A stretch of DNA of 64,000 nt from Octopus sinensis. Its lineage: Eukaryota. Below, piece after piece: positions 24,033 through 38,469 of this stretch (positions within the stretch are counted from its first letter, which is position 1; every line of letters begins with the position of its first letter). Location: contig NC_043004.1 in the NCBI RefSeq assembly GCF_006345805.1, forward strand, positions 35,340,001-35,404,000, in the 5' to 3' direction. The notes under the pieces were generated by a model that was given only the letters and a program-made list of their open reading frames with translations, made no database searches and had not been told where the DNA came from. A program made the position numbers and the translations under genes.

Positions 24033-24741
24033 AGTAACTCTAGTGCCAGGTAAAAATCTTAGTTACATTTTCTCTTAAGGTCACCTGAGACAACTATATG
24101 TTGTTTTGTTTAGAGAAATCACAAAGATTGTAATTAGATTTGAAGTTGGAACAATGTCACTGCCTAAAATCTTAATACATTTTCTCTCAGGATTTTCAAC
24201 CACAGAGTTTATCCTATTTCTATAATTTTGGAAGAAAGAGAAGACAAAATAATGTTTAACAAATCTAAAATACTGTTAAAATTATAAGAGATCATGGCTG
24301 AATAATGAAACAATGAATAAAATTATGGAGTTTTAAAGGTTTGTAATGGATCGCAAAAATGGTTTGCCAAAACCTGTAGAGTTTAGTATAGGAAGAGCAT
24401 ATCTGAGTAGAGCAAATTAAAACCATATACTATGCACTGGCACATATTATAGCCATATATTGTATACAGACATTTTAAAATAACACACACGCATGTATGC
24501 ACACATGTACACACACATAGTGAAAAAAAAATAGATAAAAATATATATATTTCCACATGGTTAACTGTAGTGAAAAAATAAAAGGAAGCACAATACACAG
24601 AAATTTTACAATGGACAAAATATATTGTTTTTATGAGATAAAATATTTACATAGTCAACCAGTTTCACAAGTACTAATCATGACTAAGAAATTATTTCAG
24701 GCTATCATTAGAAGTTTTCATTCCATGTTAGTAGGAGGAAG

Positions 24742-24772
<31 letters not shown>

Positions 24773-24777
24773 CATAT

Positions 24778-24808
<31 letters not shown>

Positions 24809-27165
24809 ATGTATGTATATATATATAACCAAAAGTTTTAAAATAAATGGTATTGGCACACTTATTTTCTAGTTTTATAATGTTTTTAATCTTAGAACCA
24901 GGCAGTTGCTTTGGTAATTTACTTTTCTTCTAATTTAGATTATTCACGTGAATCATTAGAAATAAAAATTGAATTTTTCTTTGCTTTAATGATTTACTAT
25001 AAAAGTTCAATAATATCGAGATTTGTAATCAGTTCATATCAAAAACAGAATCTCAGTTTCCTGATCTTGGTAAAATGATACAATAAACAAGAATATTCAA
25101 TAATTTATATTGTTGAAAATGATTTTGTGAAATACTTCCTTTAAATATCATGAAGTGTCCCTTTCTTTGCAGAGAACGAGTAAATCCTTTGACTATTGAA
25201 ATATTCCTCCATAACATCTGGCAATGACTTAGAGTTTGTTTGGAAGAACTCTCAAGGAATTTCTCATCATGCTGATCTTTTTGATGGCTAACTGAGAAGA
25301 GGTAAATATTTATCCAAGAAGGAAATATTTTGAAATAAAAGTGAGGCTTCTTTTGTACATGCATAAAAGAGTGAAAGATATTTCATAGAGCAGAGCTTTT
25401 TCCTTTCTGTTCATGTTGCATCTCAAACATCAACCCATAGAACATTTTAGATGTCTTTAAGAACTTTCTGGATATATTTCTACCATTACTTCAAGAAACA
25501 ATTTATGGTCTGTTGCCTTAAATCTTGAACTCTGAGATACTTAATGGCTATTGACCTTATTTCATGGTTTGCTGGAATGTTCTGTGTTGTGGTAAATGAA
25601 ATGCCAAATTTATTTCCTAGTTTTTTTCTTCATGGTCCTAAATTTATGTTCTTCCTCAAGAAGTAAAATAAAACCAACTATCATCATCATCATCATTCTT
25701 TACATTAGATAAAGTATTATCATATATGAGTCCTGGCAAGCCTGAAGTTGTTAGAGACATTGTCAAAAAAAATTAGTAAAATTATAACTTTAATGAAAAA
25801 AAAATTTGCACAAAAATTTTTAACAAAAACTGAAATGAAAGAATAAAATTGAAGTGAAAGAGCAGAAATAGAAATCAAATATTTTATCATATTTTATAAA
25901 ACATAAACACATTACTGTAATGAGAAACCTTAATTTCAGCTTGGTTGGCCAACAAAAGGTTTCAATCATGCATCACAGCTGAGCTTAAAATGCATAAAAC
26001 TCTAAACACAATTCGTTCAACAAGGTGTAAATTATTAATTTCTCCAACAATTTTTAAATTACTAATTTATCTGTGAAAATATTTTCTCCAACAATCTATA
26101 TGCAAATTTACAAATCTGTCCAATCCGGCTAACTTGGTAAAGTCATTAAAAAATATGTATGAAAACTTTGAAACAATGGCATATTCTAGCAACATGATGT
26201 GTAGACAATGTTGTTCTCTGTTTAAAACAATTGGTATTTTTATTTTAAAATCTCACAAAAGCCAAAATAATTGTGTTGCATTCAACAAGGTTTTTTTTCT
26301 TCTTTTTGCTTCTCATCTCAGATTTGGCAAGTCTACTGATTTATGAGAGTTTTATTTATAAATTCCAGGATCTGATCCAAATCTTTCAATTAATCTTTTT
26401 AAATAGTAAAAAGAAACAGAAAATTTGCTACCAACCTTTTATTCTATCAGGAAAACAAACCCTGTATTTTCTTATTCTCTATGGAACACTATGATTCTTC
26501 TATTGATTTATTCCAACAAACCAAATTCTTTTGAGCCTCAAAACTAAACACATTGCTCTCCTTGTCGCAGTCTGTCTAGTTAACAGAAGATTCTAGTCAT
26601 ACATCACAGATGACTAAGTACTGTTTGGAAGGAAATATTCTCTGCAATGACTTTTCAACAAATTCTAAGATAAACATTGCAGAAAATTACCATTTTTTTT
26701 CTTTTTTTTTATATTTCTCTTATACATTGGGATAACACTAGATTTTCTGTTGATTTTTCAAACTACAAAAGATAATACTGACCAGTTTCTTAATAATCTT
26801 TTTTAGTAATTTCTTAAATGTCTAATTGCCCTATTTCCTTCAATGCTCTATCGGAATTTTAGAACAAAACTGTTTCCTTAAATTGGTTCCACGAGTAATT
26901 TATAAATATTATTTTAATGTACATTATCACAAACAATTGATGCCTATTATTATTTGACTTTCCTACTGACCATTAAACAATTAGAATCAAAATGCAAACA
27001 TAGGCAATGAGGAATCCGCAACTGCTTAGAAATAGAAGATGAAAACAGCTGTTGATTTGGTTGTTTATGTTTCTGAGTTCAGATTCTTGCAGTGATGATT
27101 CTTCACCTTTCATCCTTCTGAGTTAAATGTAGTGAATCCTGCCTTTTAGGCAGGATTCACTACAT

Positions 27166-27380
27166 TTAACGTAGTTCTCAGGGAGATTCAGCATGACACA
27201 GAATGTGACAAGGCTGGTCCTTTGAAATACAGGTTCTCCTAATCATTTCTCCTAGCTGAGTGGACTGGAGCAGCATGAAATAAAGTGTCTTGTTCAAAGA
27301 AACAGAATGCACTGTCAGGTATTGAACTCATGACCTTACGATCATGATCCAAATACCCTAACTACTAAGCCATATGCCTT
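27166..27380 (-). mobile_element. Local duplicate of SINE family B 5' half
   Basis: Near-identical to 27966-28180 at an offset of exactly 800 bp. Confidence 0.85.
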
Positions 27381-27865
27381 TTAGGCAGGATTCACTACAT
27401 TTAACTCAGAAGGATGAAAGGTGAAGAATCATCACTGCAAGAATCTGAACTCAGAAACATAAAAAATGGCAAACTACATTTGGCGGTGTTCTAGGGAAAC
27501 AAGCTTGATCACACAGATTTATGTAATAACTGAATTAAATTTCAGTCGATAAATGATTAGTGTGATGCTATATCATCAGGCATGTCTTATAAGACTGGTA
27601 GACTTCACAGCAACACACCAATGCAGCTCAATCTGAACTCCCTGCGCCAAATGGAGGACTTTATTATAATTGATTTAACCTTCAAGATGACTGTTGTTAA
27701 ACATTCTCATTCTGAAATTTCTATAAAGCAAAATATTTTGTACATTGTTCTCCATATTGCATGAATCCTTACTTCTCTGTGATGGCAATAAGAATACGTC
27801 TCAGTAATTTGCTGCAGTAAAATGTGTGTGTGTGTGTGTGTGTTTGTCCACTCCTGGCTATTTGT

Positions 27866-28182
27866 CAGTTATGATGGAAAAGGTTCCATTTGAACCAATC
27901 AATGGAACAGCCTGCTCGTGAAATTAACATACAAGTGGATGAGCACTCCACAGACACATGTACCCTTAACGTAGTTCTCAGGGAGATTCAGCATGACACA
28001 GAATGTGACAAGGCTGGTCCTTTGAAATACAGGTTCTCCTAATCATTTCTCCTAGCTGAGTGGACTGGAGCAGCGTGAAATAAAGTGTCTTGTTCAAAGA
28101 AACAGAATGCACTGTCAGGTATTGAACTCATGACCTTACGATCATGATCCAAATACCCTAACTACTAAGCCATGGGCCTTCA
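27866..28182 (-). mobile_element. tRNA-derived SINE, family B variant
   Basis: Homologous to 8519-8822. Confidence 0.85.
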
Positions 28183-28696
28183 CTCTTATATCACAGAGAA
28201 CAGGTAATGAGCCGAGAAAGAAATCTACAGAAGCTTAAGATAATTTTTTTAAGAAATGGAAATTCCATCTTTTGGCAGATGCATTGTTACATTTCATCAG
28301 TCAACAAAAACACATTTGAATGCACTTGAATAATTAATTTTGAATATGCTTTGACAAATATCACCACGTTTCACTCAATAACCGAATGAAATATTTGTGA
28401 AAAGTTTAGACTTCTATAAACAAAAACAGTAATATAAATGTCTGTTTTGCATTGGTTCCTTTATTAGGCATTTTTATTCCTTTTTCACTTTTATAAATTT
28501 GTTTTATTATTTGTTTGGCCCTAATTAGCTTCAATATTAGCATCTTAACACTTTTTAAAAAGATTTTGTCTTTAAAAAATAGGCAGGGCATCTCTGTTTT
28601 AGTATTGAACCCATAGCGTGAAGATTTGTGTCTTGCAATTTATGTCAGGAAGATGTCGATATATCGATTTGATTTATCTTTTAGTATGAGCTGCAG

Positions 28697-28731
<35 letters not shown>

Positions 28732-30169
28732 CATTGTAACCATACTTATAACTATTTCAAGGGTTCTCATGAAAATCTTTGGATATTATCTGTGTCACTC
28801 CATCTCATAGCTTACTCTAAAGGAATCCCTTTCAAATGCCTGCATTAGTTTCAATAAATACTCTGCTTGGTTGGTGCCTTTACCATTAATATTACAAATA
28901 ATAAAAGTAAAAATCCTAAGTATTTTCCCATAAAACTCATCAACCATTTCACATAGATGCACACACAAATTAAGACGTACATGCTTTTACATACGATGAC
29001 AAAGATAGATAAAACATTTCATAAAAGCAACAGCAATCATGAGAGTGTCTCTCAAGAAATGTCTATTTATTTATGTTCTACCATTATCCAACATATATAC
29101 TGAAATCCATAGTTCTAAACCTTTATAACTAGAATTTCTATAAGATTTACCGATTTTATTTATATGATTATTATCTCAACAGATAAAATGTGTATTTTAT
29201 GGAGAAATTCATTGGAATCTTTTAAAGAAAATTATCCAAGTTCATTCTCATTCCATTTATCAATCGTCATTGCTGTTTGATGCAATTAAATTATATGGTT
29301 GTCACAAGTTAAGAGCCATTTCACAATCATAAACCAAAATTCAGCTGGAAGATATTTGTTAAAATGGCAGCAGTTTGATAGTAACTAAATACAGCCTTGA
29401 TAGATTTGATCTTTACACACAGTTCTGCTATACTTCCCCTTTAGCACTATACCAATTACTGAAATATATTACTCATCCACTATACAATTCACATGTTTCC
29501 AGTTCTCAGAGGTATACAAAATTAAAAAAATTTTCAATATGTGTGTGTGTATGTATATATATATATATATATATACATACACACACACATATATTGAAAA
29601 ATTTTATATATATATATATATATATCTGTAGTATAATATGTGACAATCATTCGGTTATCCGAGATGCCAGAGCAGATTTCTGCCCCAACATCCAAAACTC
29701 GGAATTTATTATGGCAACCAATAGAATTGTCACATATTATATTACAGATAAATTCCTCTACTTGCATAATATCGAGGTCTCATTCTTTCTTTTGTTATCA
29801 TACTATAACTATTCATAATATATATATATATATACACACACACATACACACTCATATGTATTTAATTGATATAGTCTGGTTAATAAACTCATAGTGTGAA
29901 TTTGAAAGGTCCTATATGGTCATTGGCTACCATATGCCTTTCTGCAGCAGGATATTTTGGGAGTTCCACATGCCTATATAAATATTAATACCACCATCAT
30001 CATCGTCATCATCATTTTTTTAACATATTTTCGTCATGCTGGTATGAATTGGACAGTTTGACAGGAATTGGCCTGTTGGAGAGCTGGCCAGGCAGCATTT
30101 GTGTTGTCTAGTGCTGGATGTCCACCACTTTACAGAGTGTACTGAGCACTTGTACAAGGCACCAGAAGT

Positions 30170-30480
30170 TTTGACCCCATGTAAAGCTCAAACTCTGGAG
30201 GTCCTTTCCCACCACTTCATCCCACATCTTCCTGGATCTAAACCTTCCACACACTCCTTCCACAATTAGAGATTGGCACTTCTCAATGCAGCTGTCTTCA
30301 TCCATATGCATCACATCACCATACCAGTACAGTCTTCTTCTCTCTTGCACACTGCATCTCAAGTCTCACATACCCAATTTTTTTATCTCTGACATCACCC
30401 ATCCAGCAGAGCACACTGGCTTCATTTCTTTCAAGCTTTTGCATGTCTTCAGTAGTCATAGCCCATGTGTTCCTTGCATC
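30170..30480 (-). pseudogene. RTE-clade LINE C-terminal relic
   Basis: TWAMTTEDMQKLERNEASVLCWM and VQERRRLYWYGDVMHMDEDSCIEKC...GRFRSRKMWDEVV, matching the RTE RLRWFGHV and GRPRKTW motifs. Confidence 0.8.
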
Positions 30481-30560
30481 TAGTATAGCTATTCGTATAT
30501 ACACACACACACATACACACATATATACATACATTATCATCATCATCATCATCATATATA

Positions 30561-31848
30561 TTGAGTCATCTCATAAATAATGTGTTTTTTTTTCATTTGC
30601 ATGAACTGAAAGTCATTTGGGGGGTGGGATAAACTACCTGCATTAACTTCCTGTAAATGCAGGTGGTAATTTTACCTTGCCTTATTCTTAGTGCAAGTTT
30701 TGAAGAGTGCAGTTCGACTTTAACAGCTATTTATTGAAAGTTATAAGGGAAATAACAAAGGAGCATATTCGGTATGTTTTGCTTTATGAGTTCAGTAAAG
30801 ACAACAAGGCAACGGAAAGTGTGAAAAATATTAATGCAGAATATGGGAATCAAACAATAAGCATAAGCCAGTGTCAACGGTGGTTCCAGAAATTCTGAGC
30901 CGGAAACTACAGCCTAGAAGATGAGCCTTGACCTGGAAGATCTGTAGAGCTTGATGAAGATGTCCTGCAAACACTGGTGGAACAAAATCCCATAGTAACT
31001 GTGGAGGAACTAGCAGAGAAGCTTGGATTTGGTCATTCAACCATTCATCGACACCTGCATTCCATCGGAAAAGTCAGCACATTGGGTCAATGGATTCCTC
31101 ACACTCTTTCTGAGTCTGATCAGGCACAGAGAGTCAATGTGTGCTCTTCTTTGCTGACACATCTCACAAATGAACCTTTTTTGGATTGAATAGTGACTGG
31201 TAACAAGAAATGGGTTCTCTATAAAAATGTGAAGTGCCAAAGACAGTGGGTAGGGAGAGGAAAAACACCAGCACCCCAGGCTAAAGAAGGTTTTCCTCCA
31301 CGTAAGGTGTTGTTATCTGTTTGGTGGGATACGAAAGGTTTATTCCACTTTGAACTTTTAAACACAAACCAAACAATAACAAAGGAGATCTACTGAGAAC
31401 AGCTTGAGAGGCTTAAGTCAGTGTTAGAAGAAAAACGACCATCTTTGGTTTCAAGACAAAAGGTGTTCTTCCATCAGGATAATACTTAGCCACATACAGT
31501 GAGGATAATGTTCCAAAGGCTGGAGCAGTTTGAATGGGAAACGATACCCCACCTACTATATTTACCAGACATTGCCCTATCTGAATATCATTTATTCTGC
31601 AGTCTTCAAAATCATTTGGTGGAAAAAAAATGAATTCCGTAGATGAGGTCAGAACAGTAGTGGAGGAGTATTTATCATCACAGGCAAGTGAATTTTGGAA
31701 GAGGAGCCTTGAAATCCTACCACTTAGATGGAAGGGCATTGTAGAAAATGAAGGAGAGTATATTCTAGATTGAAAAAGAACTTTGTTTATCTTAATTTTG
31801 AAAAATAATAGAATTATAAAAAACTGCATTATTTATAGGATGACCCAA
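30561..31848 (+). mobile_element. Full-length mariner transposon (about 1.29 kb), defective
   Basis: About 28-bp TIRs TTGAGTCATCTCATAAATAATG / CATTATTTATAGGATGACCCAA with TA flanks and an internal transposase pseudogene. Confidence 0.95.
30747..31773 (+). pseudogene. Mariner (D,D34D) transposase pseudogene
   Basis: KEHIRYVLLYEF, WIPHTL (WVPHEL), VTGNKKW (TGDEKW), HQDNT*PH and YLPDIALSEYHLF (YSPDLAPSDY), with multiple stops and a frameshift. Confidence 0.93.
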
Positions 31849-31856
31849 TATATATA

Positions 31857-32010
31857 GGCATAGGAGTGGCTGTGCGGTAAGTAGCTTGCTTATGAACTAC
31901 ATGGTTCTGGGTTCAGTCCCACTGCATGGCACCATGGGCAAGTGTCTTCTGCTATAGCCTTGGGCCGACCAAAGCCTTGTGAGTGGATTTGGTAGACGGA
32001 AACTGAAAGC

Positions 32011-32053
<43 letters not shown>

Positions 32054-32268
32054 ATATGTTTGTGTGTATGTGTTTGTCCCCCCACCATTGCTTGACAACT
32101 GATGCTGGTCTGTTTACATCCCTGATACTTAGCGGTTTGGCAAAAGAGACCGATAGAATAAGTACTAGGCTTCCAAAAAATAAGTCCTGGGGTTGATTTG
32201 ACAGACTAAAGGCGGTGCTCCAGCATGGCCACAGTCACATGACTGAAACAAGTAGAAGAGTAAAAGAG
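31857..32268 (+). mobile_element. tRNA-derived SINE, family A, full-length, with internal microsatellite
   Basis: Head GGAGTGGCTGTGCGGTAAG...GGGTTCAGTCCC, central TA/TG repeat, and tail GGCGGTGCTCCAGCATGGCC...GAAACAAGTAGAAGAG. Confidence 0.9.
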
Positions 32269-32282
32269 TATATATGTGTGTG

Positions 32283-32314
<32 letters not shown>

Positions 32315-32464
32315 TATATATAGTTAATAAAACATATATCAGAAAGAAGCATACTCTAAAGAACAGAGCAGTAATTATTACAACAAAGAATTTTATATCT
32401 TGGACATAGAGTTACCCAAGTTTTAGTATCCACCAAGCGAAAGCCTTGTGGACAGCTTGTCAGA

Positions 32465-32500
<36 letters not shown>

Positions 32501-32510
32501 GTGTGTGTGC

Positions 32511-32544
<34 letters not shown>

Positions 32545-33502
32545 TGTATATTCGTGGATGCTTCTAGTGAGAGATTCCAGTAAACCAACCAAGTCTGCAG
32601 CAATATAGTTTACATATCTGAGTGACTTTATTCCCGTTATTCCCTCATGGCACCAGTTCTTGGTTATTACTTGACACCCTGACACATAATTTGAACTAAT
32701 ACCTTTTAAGAATTGATCCAATTCCCAAAAGCGATAATGAAGTAAATACATAAATGGTATGCATTCATTTTCCTATACTGCTATGAGTGGTAGACATCTG
32801 CAGTTTTAATTTAATATATATATATATATACATACATATATATACACATACACACACACATGTCGATGTGCTTTATTGTTATGGGGTGGGTGATATATTT
32901 TTAGTAAATCAATTCATTTTTCCACAATTGATTCTCATATGAGACATTTTATCTCACTTATTTACTTTTACCTTCAATTTTCAATCACCGTCCATGAACT
33001 GGAGAGGAATTGGCTTCTTCAAGAGACATGTCTTCCTTAACACAATGCATAAAGATGGAAGTGGGCCATTAACTTATTGTGCTGTCCTAAGGAACACAAT
33101 ATATTTCCTGTTGTAGAACACACTTCCAGCAGCTGACTTGTTATTGTCCCAGCGAGTTAAGTCTGTAACCTAGTTTTGCTGTTTTTTATCAGTTAAAAAC
33201 ATTTCATTTCAATTATGTGATTAATGTCTTTGAAACAGGTAAAAATGTTACAATTTCTCCCCTCCTTAAATATTCAGGCTTCTTAATTCATTTTAATGGT
33301 TGAAACACTTTATCTCTTCCACATTGCTCTAAATCAATATATTTACAGACTTAATTTTACCACCCACCAAGACAGCCAACAAGATAATCACTTACACAAA
33401 TATCATTGCAGTTCTAGTCAAGCTAATTTGTGGCACAGATACACAGAAATGAATGCCTAGAGGTGATGAAAAATCTCTATATTATTAGTTCTCATAATCT
33501 TA

Positions 33503-33845
33503 TGCATAACGAGATAAAAAAAAACCAAGGCTGTATAGTTATTAGAGCATTTATAGAGAGAAGGTCTTACAGCTGTTTCTAGAATATTATCATTAATTAA
33601 TATTCTAGAAACAGCTGTAAGACCTTCTATCTATAAATGCTCTAATATGTATACAGCCTTGGTTTTTTTTTATCTCATTACACAAAAAATTCATATATAC
33701 ACACGCTGACATAGAACCAACATTGAACCCTTTATTCACAATATTACCGAATCTGGAACTTAACTATGGTCTGTCTATAGCACTTATTCAGCATTACCTG
33801 ACACCGTTGGGTCTCAATGACACAATTATCTCTTATAACCTCAAC
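33503..33845 (+). mobile_element. Family H3 5'-truncated, 5'-inverted copy with a 14-bp target-site duplication
   Basis: About 80-bp inverted arms centred near 33593. It keeps GAAACAGCTGTAAGAC. TTCTCATAATCTTA is duplicated at 33489-33502 and 33846-33859. Confidence 0.85.
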
Positions 33846-34439
33846 TTCTCATAATCTTACTAATTTTATGATTGAAGGAGCAGATGTAGCTAAATGCCTG
33901 GCCAATGATTTTCATTCTTTAGTTTTCTCCTTCAGTGTCATCATTTTGCATTCCTGCTCTGGTTGACTGGGCCCTTAATTTTCCCCAAATTACTTTTATA
34001 TGCAACAGGCTTGTGCATGGGTTAATTCAATAAATCCAAGCTATTTGCAAACTGTTGCAATGTGGCAAATCACTTTTTCTGGGTGACGATTAAAGATATT
34101 CACATTTGGTTATACTTAGTCATTAGTCAACCCATTTTTACCTCCACCCACCATTATACTTGCACTGTCTTTTTCTGTTCTTTCGATACCAACCGACTTG
34201 TACTGCCTTGTGTTCAATAATACAAACTTCCGGTTTAAAAGCGATCTAAATTAAAACTTTCAATAAAAATTTCCTGCTAATATACATTCCAAACACTAGT
34301 GTCATAATGGCAAATTCATTATTTCAAAAATTAATTGAAATAAAGGCAATATATTTCAACAGAAATATAGCATTAGAAGGATTTCCCTCTCTCTCTCTTT
34401 CAGAGAGGCACTGAGCAGCTATACGCACACATACATACA

Positions 34440-34592
34440 CGGCAGTAACTTCCACCTACCGAATTCAATCACAAAGCTCCGGTCAGCTTGGGGCTATAGT
34501 GGAAGACACCTACCCAAAGTGCCATGCAGTGGGACTGAACCCAAAACCATGTAGCTAGGAAGCAAGCTCCCTGACCACACAGCCATGCCTGC
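34440..34592 (-). mobile_element. SINE family A head fragment
   Basis: Reverse-complement match to 31857-32010. Confidence 0.75.
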
Positions 34593-35477
34593 AATATTAA
34601 GAAATTGTTCTGCCAAATATTTTACCTGTCAACTGACTGGTATAATTATTCTTTGAAATGTAATTCTTCAGATGTCCAGTTTTCAGTTCTATTCTTGTTT
34701 TTATATGAAAATCACTTTTACTTGTTAGTTTGATTGAAGAAATAGAATAGAATTAGGTACTCTGAACAAATGCAGCAGTTCTTATTGAATTTAGCAATTG
34801 TATAACATACTAAAAAAAAAAAACACAGTTGTTCAAACAAATATGAGACCATTTTCTTGAATCCTCATAATGCTAAATGTGAGAATTTTACTTTAGTTAA
34901 GAATTAGTTGCATAGGTGACTTGTTCTGTTGCTAAAATTACATTACTTATTTGGTTCTGAGATTTTTTTTTCTTTCAAGACAAATTTAGTTGTAAGCCCT
35001 AAGAACTCATCAATAATTTTTCACATTATTTTTTCTTGTATCTATAAGAGTTCTGTTCTTTTTCTAGTGTATGAGTCTACGAACCCATTCTACTTCAAAC
35101 TATGCTTGTCTTTTCATCGCAATTCCAGGGAGTTTGACCTTGTGTTATTTCGGTTTGATAAATATGGAACTTACAGCTCTATAAAAGTCACATTTCCTCA
35201 TACAATTCTGTTATGACTGTTGCTGTACACTTGACATTTCTCTCAGACTAATAAACAAAATAAAATAAAAATAAAAATAAAATATTTATTTTTGTCAATG
35301 TAAACACATTTAATCTCCTAATTTAATGTGTGGCATATTTATGATAAAACTGGTTATTTTAATATTTAAATTTAGCCATCTTTTTATGAATAATTTGTAT
35401 CTTTTAATAAATTATCTAAAGTTCTATCACATGTTTATCTTGAATTATCTCAATTAAATACATATAGATAAATACAT

Positions 35478-35522
<45 letters not shown>

Positions 35523-35530
35523 CATACATA

Positions 35531-35617
<87 letters not shown>

Positions 35618-35745
35618 GATAGATAAGTTAGATAAGGCTGGTTTATGGGATTACTGGCCTTATCTAACTTTATAGTATATTGCTCTTTAACTTAGAGTGC
35701 GCTTCTTTCTCAAATTTATATTTTACCGACAATATATATGTTTAT

Positions 35746-35790
<45 letters not shown>

Positions 35791-36199
35791 GGTTGCCTTG
35801 ACATATAACCAGATGTGTTTATTATTTTAATTTGGTACATTTGAAAATGTTTTCACAGTTCTACTTTACAATTTAAAAAAAAATATTTATGGATAAATTC
35901 TTGGTGTGTTGGTTGGGTGATAGTATTTGAAACTTGTAGCTGTATACACTCTAAAAGTGAACTAGAACAATCCACAATGGCTCAAAGGTAAGGTGTTGTA
36001 GAGTTTAAGGTAAGTATTTTGCAAATAATAACTATTTAAAATCATAAAATCAAGATGTATGAGTGGTGAATAGATATTTATCTAACCATGCCTTTCATAG
36101 AGTTATAGCTGTTTCACAACCTTCTTTATGCAATTTTAATTTTAGTATGGAAGAAATTATATGTCCATGTATGCATTAACATGTATGCTTGGCAACATA

Positions 36200-36900
36200 A
36201 AGGCAGCATCCTGGCAGAAACGTTAGCATGCTGGGCAAAATGCTTAGCAGTATTTCGTCTGTCTTTACATTCTGAGTTCAAATTCCACCAAGGTCGACTT
36301 TGCCTTTCGTCCCTTTGGGATTGATGAATTGAGTACCAGTTGCATACTGGGGTTGATCTAATCGACTGAGCCCCTCCCCAAAACTTTCAGGCCTTGTACC
36401 TAGAGTAGAGAATAATTGTTAGCATGCCAGGCAAAATTATTAGCAACATTTTGTCTGTCTTTACATTCTGAATTTAACTTCCACCAAGGTTGACTTTGCC
36501 TTTCAGTCTATCAGGGTCGATAAAAGAAGTACCATTTAAGCACTGGGGTTGATGAAATCAACTTATCCACTGCAGCGAAATTGCTGGCCTTGTGCCTAAA
36601 TTTTAAACCAATATGTATGCTCACAAATTAATGCAAATAAAGAAAGCTACCTCATTAGATTACCAGAACATCATATCAGGACCATATATTATTCTTTTCT
36701 ACTCTAGGCACAAGGCCCGAAACTTTTGGGGAGGGAACCAGTCGAATAGATCGACCTCAGTACACAACTGGTACTCAATTTATCAACTCCAAAAGGAGGA
36801 AAGGCAAAATCAACCTTGGTGGAATTTGAACTCAGAACGTAAACACAGACAAAATACCAATAAGCATTTTTCCTGGTGAGCTCATGTCTCTGCCAGTTCA
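36200..36900. mobile_element. Cluster of three SINE family F copies (36200-36415 +, 36417-36610 +, 36690-36900 -)
   Basis: Each has the TTCTGAGTTCAAATTCC..GTCGACTTTGCCTTTC core or a decayed version of it. Confidence 0.82.
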
Positions 36901-36930
36901 CCACGTTTAGAACCATATATTATTTCTATA

Positions 36931-37145
36931 CTCTTACTCTCTTTTACTTGTTTCAGTTATTTGACTGCGGCCAAGCTGGATCACCGCCTTTAGTTGAAGA
37001 AATCGACCCCAAAACTTATTCTTTGTAAGCCTAGTACTTATTCTATCGGTCTCTTTTGCTGAACCACTAAGTTACGGGGATGTAAACACACCAGCACCGG
37101 TTGTCAAGCGATGTTGGGGGGACAAACACAGACACACAAATGTAT

Positions 37146-37193
<48 letters not shown>

Positions 37194-37361
37194 TATATAT
37201 ATATACATATATACAATGGGTTTCTTTCAGTTTCCGTCTACCAAATCCACTCACAAGGCTTTGGTTGGCCCAAGGCTATAGTAGAAGACACTTACCCATG
37301 GGGCTACGCAGTGGGACTGAACCCGGAACCATGTGGTTAATAAGCAAGCCACTCCTGCACC
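36931..37361 (-). mobile_element. SINE family A, full-length
   Basis: Reverse complement of 31857-32268. Confidence 0.9.
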
Positions 37362-37474
37362 TATAGCAATTATTTTATACTAAACATATGTCTTCTATTA
37401 CTTTTTAAGACCTGATTTAAGAAAATAGGAATCGGTTAAAGAAGCCTAAAACCTTATGTAAATATTTAAAGCAG

Positions 37475-37601
37475 TTGATGATGATGAAGGTGATGATGAT
37501 GATGATGATGATGATGATGGTGATGATGGTGATGATGATGATGGTGAAGATGATGATGGTGATGGTGATGATGATGATGATGATGATGGTGATAGTGGTG
37601 G

Positions 37602-37635
<34 letters not shown>

Positions 37636-37815
37636 GGTGAAGATGATGATGGTGGTGATGATGATGAGGAAGGTGAAGATGATGGTGATGGTGATGATGA
37701 TGATGATGAAGAAGGAGAAGATGATGATGGTGATGGTGGTGATGATGATGATGATGAATATGGTGGTGACAATGGTGATGATGATGAATATGGTGGTGAT
37801 GATGATGATGATGAA
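37475..37815. repeat. Imperfect (GAT/GGT)n trinucleotide array
   Basis: Read directly; it gives poly-Met/poly-Ser pseudo-ORFs. Confidence 0.95.
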
Positions 37816-38469
37816 TAAATGTTTTCTTTATTATTAACCATCACATAGCATTAAAAGAGTTCTAACTGTTTTTGATTCTTTTGTATCTATTTCTACATTT
37901 TAATTCTCCTTCAATATCAAACACAGCCAGAAATAAAGGCCATCAGAACAGTTTAGTCATAATTTGGGGTCACCCCTACTCCTCTTTCAGTCTGTAATGT
38001 CCCCTCCGCTCAGTCTTTTCAGATCCTTATTGCCTTCATCTCACTCTCTATTTTATGCTCCCTCCTTAACCCCACAACCCATATCAACCCCTTTTTATAT
38101 ATCCTCTTCTCTCTTTCCTGCTAACCTTACCTTCCCCAATGTCCCTACCCTACTTCTCTCCCTACAGTAACTTCCGATAGTCTCCCCATCCCCCCTCATA
38201 ACTAGATACCTGTTCCTTTCATCATCCTTCACCCTTTCATCACCTTACTTAAAAGTGTCATGCTCTTCTTCATTTTTTCTTTCATTTGGAGGGGAGGGGT
38301 TCTTTAGTCCAGACAGTTACAAGGGAACCTACTAATGCTGGGGCAAAAAAAAAAACAAAAAAAAACATCCATTACACTCTGCAAAGGGGTTGGCATCGGG
38401 AAGGGCATCCAACCATGGAAATCATTGCAAAACTGAGCCGGGGTCATACAACATAATAGTGATGGGAAT

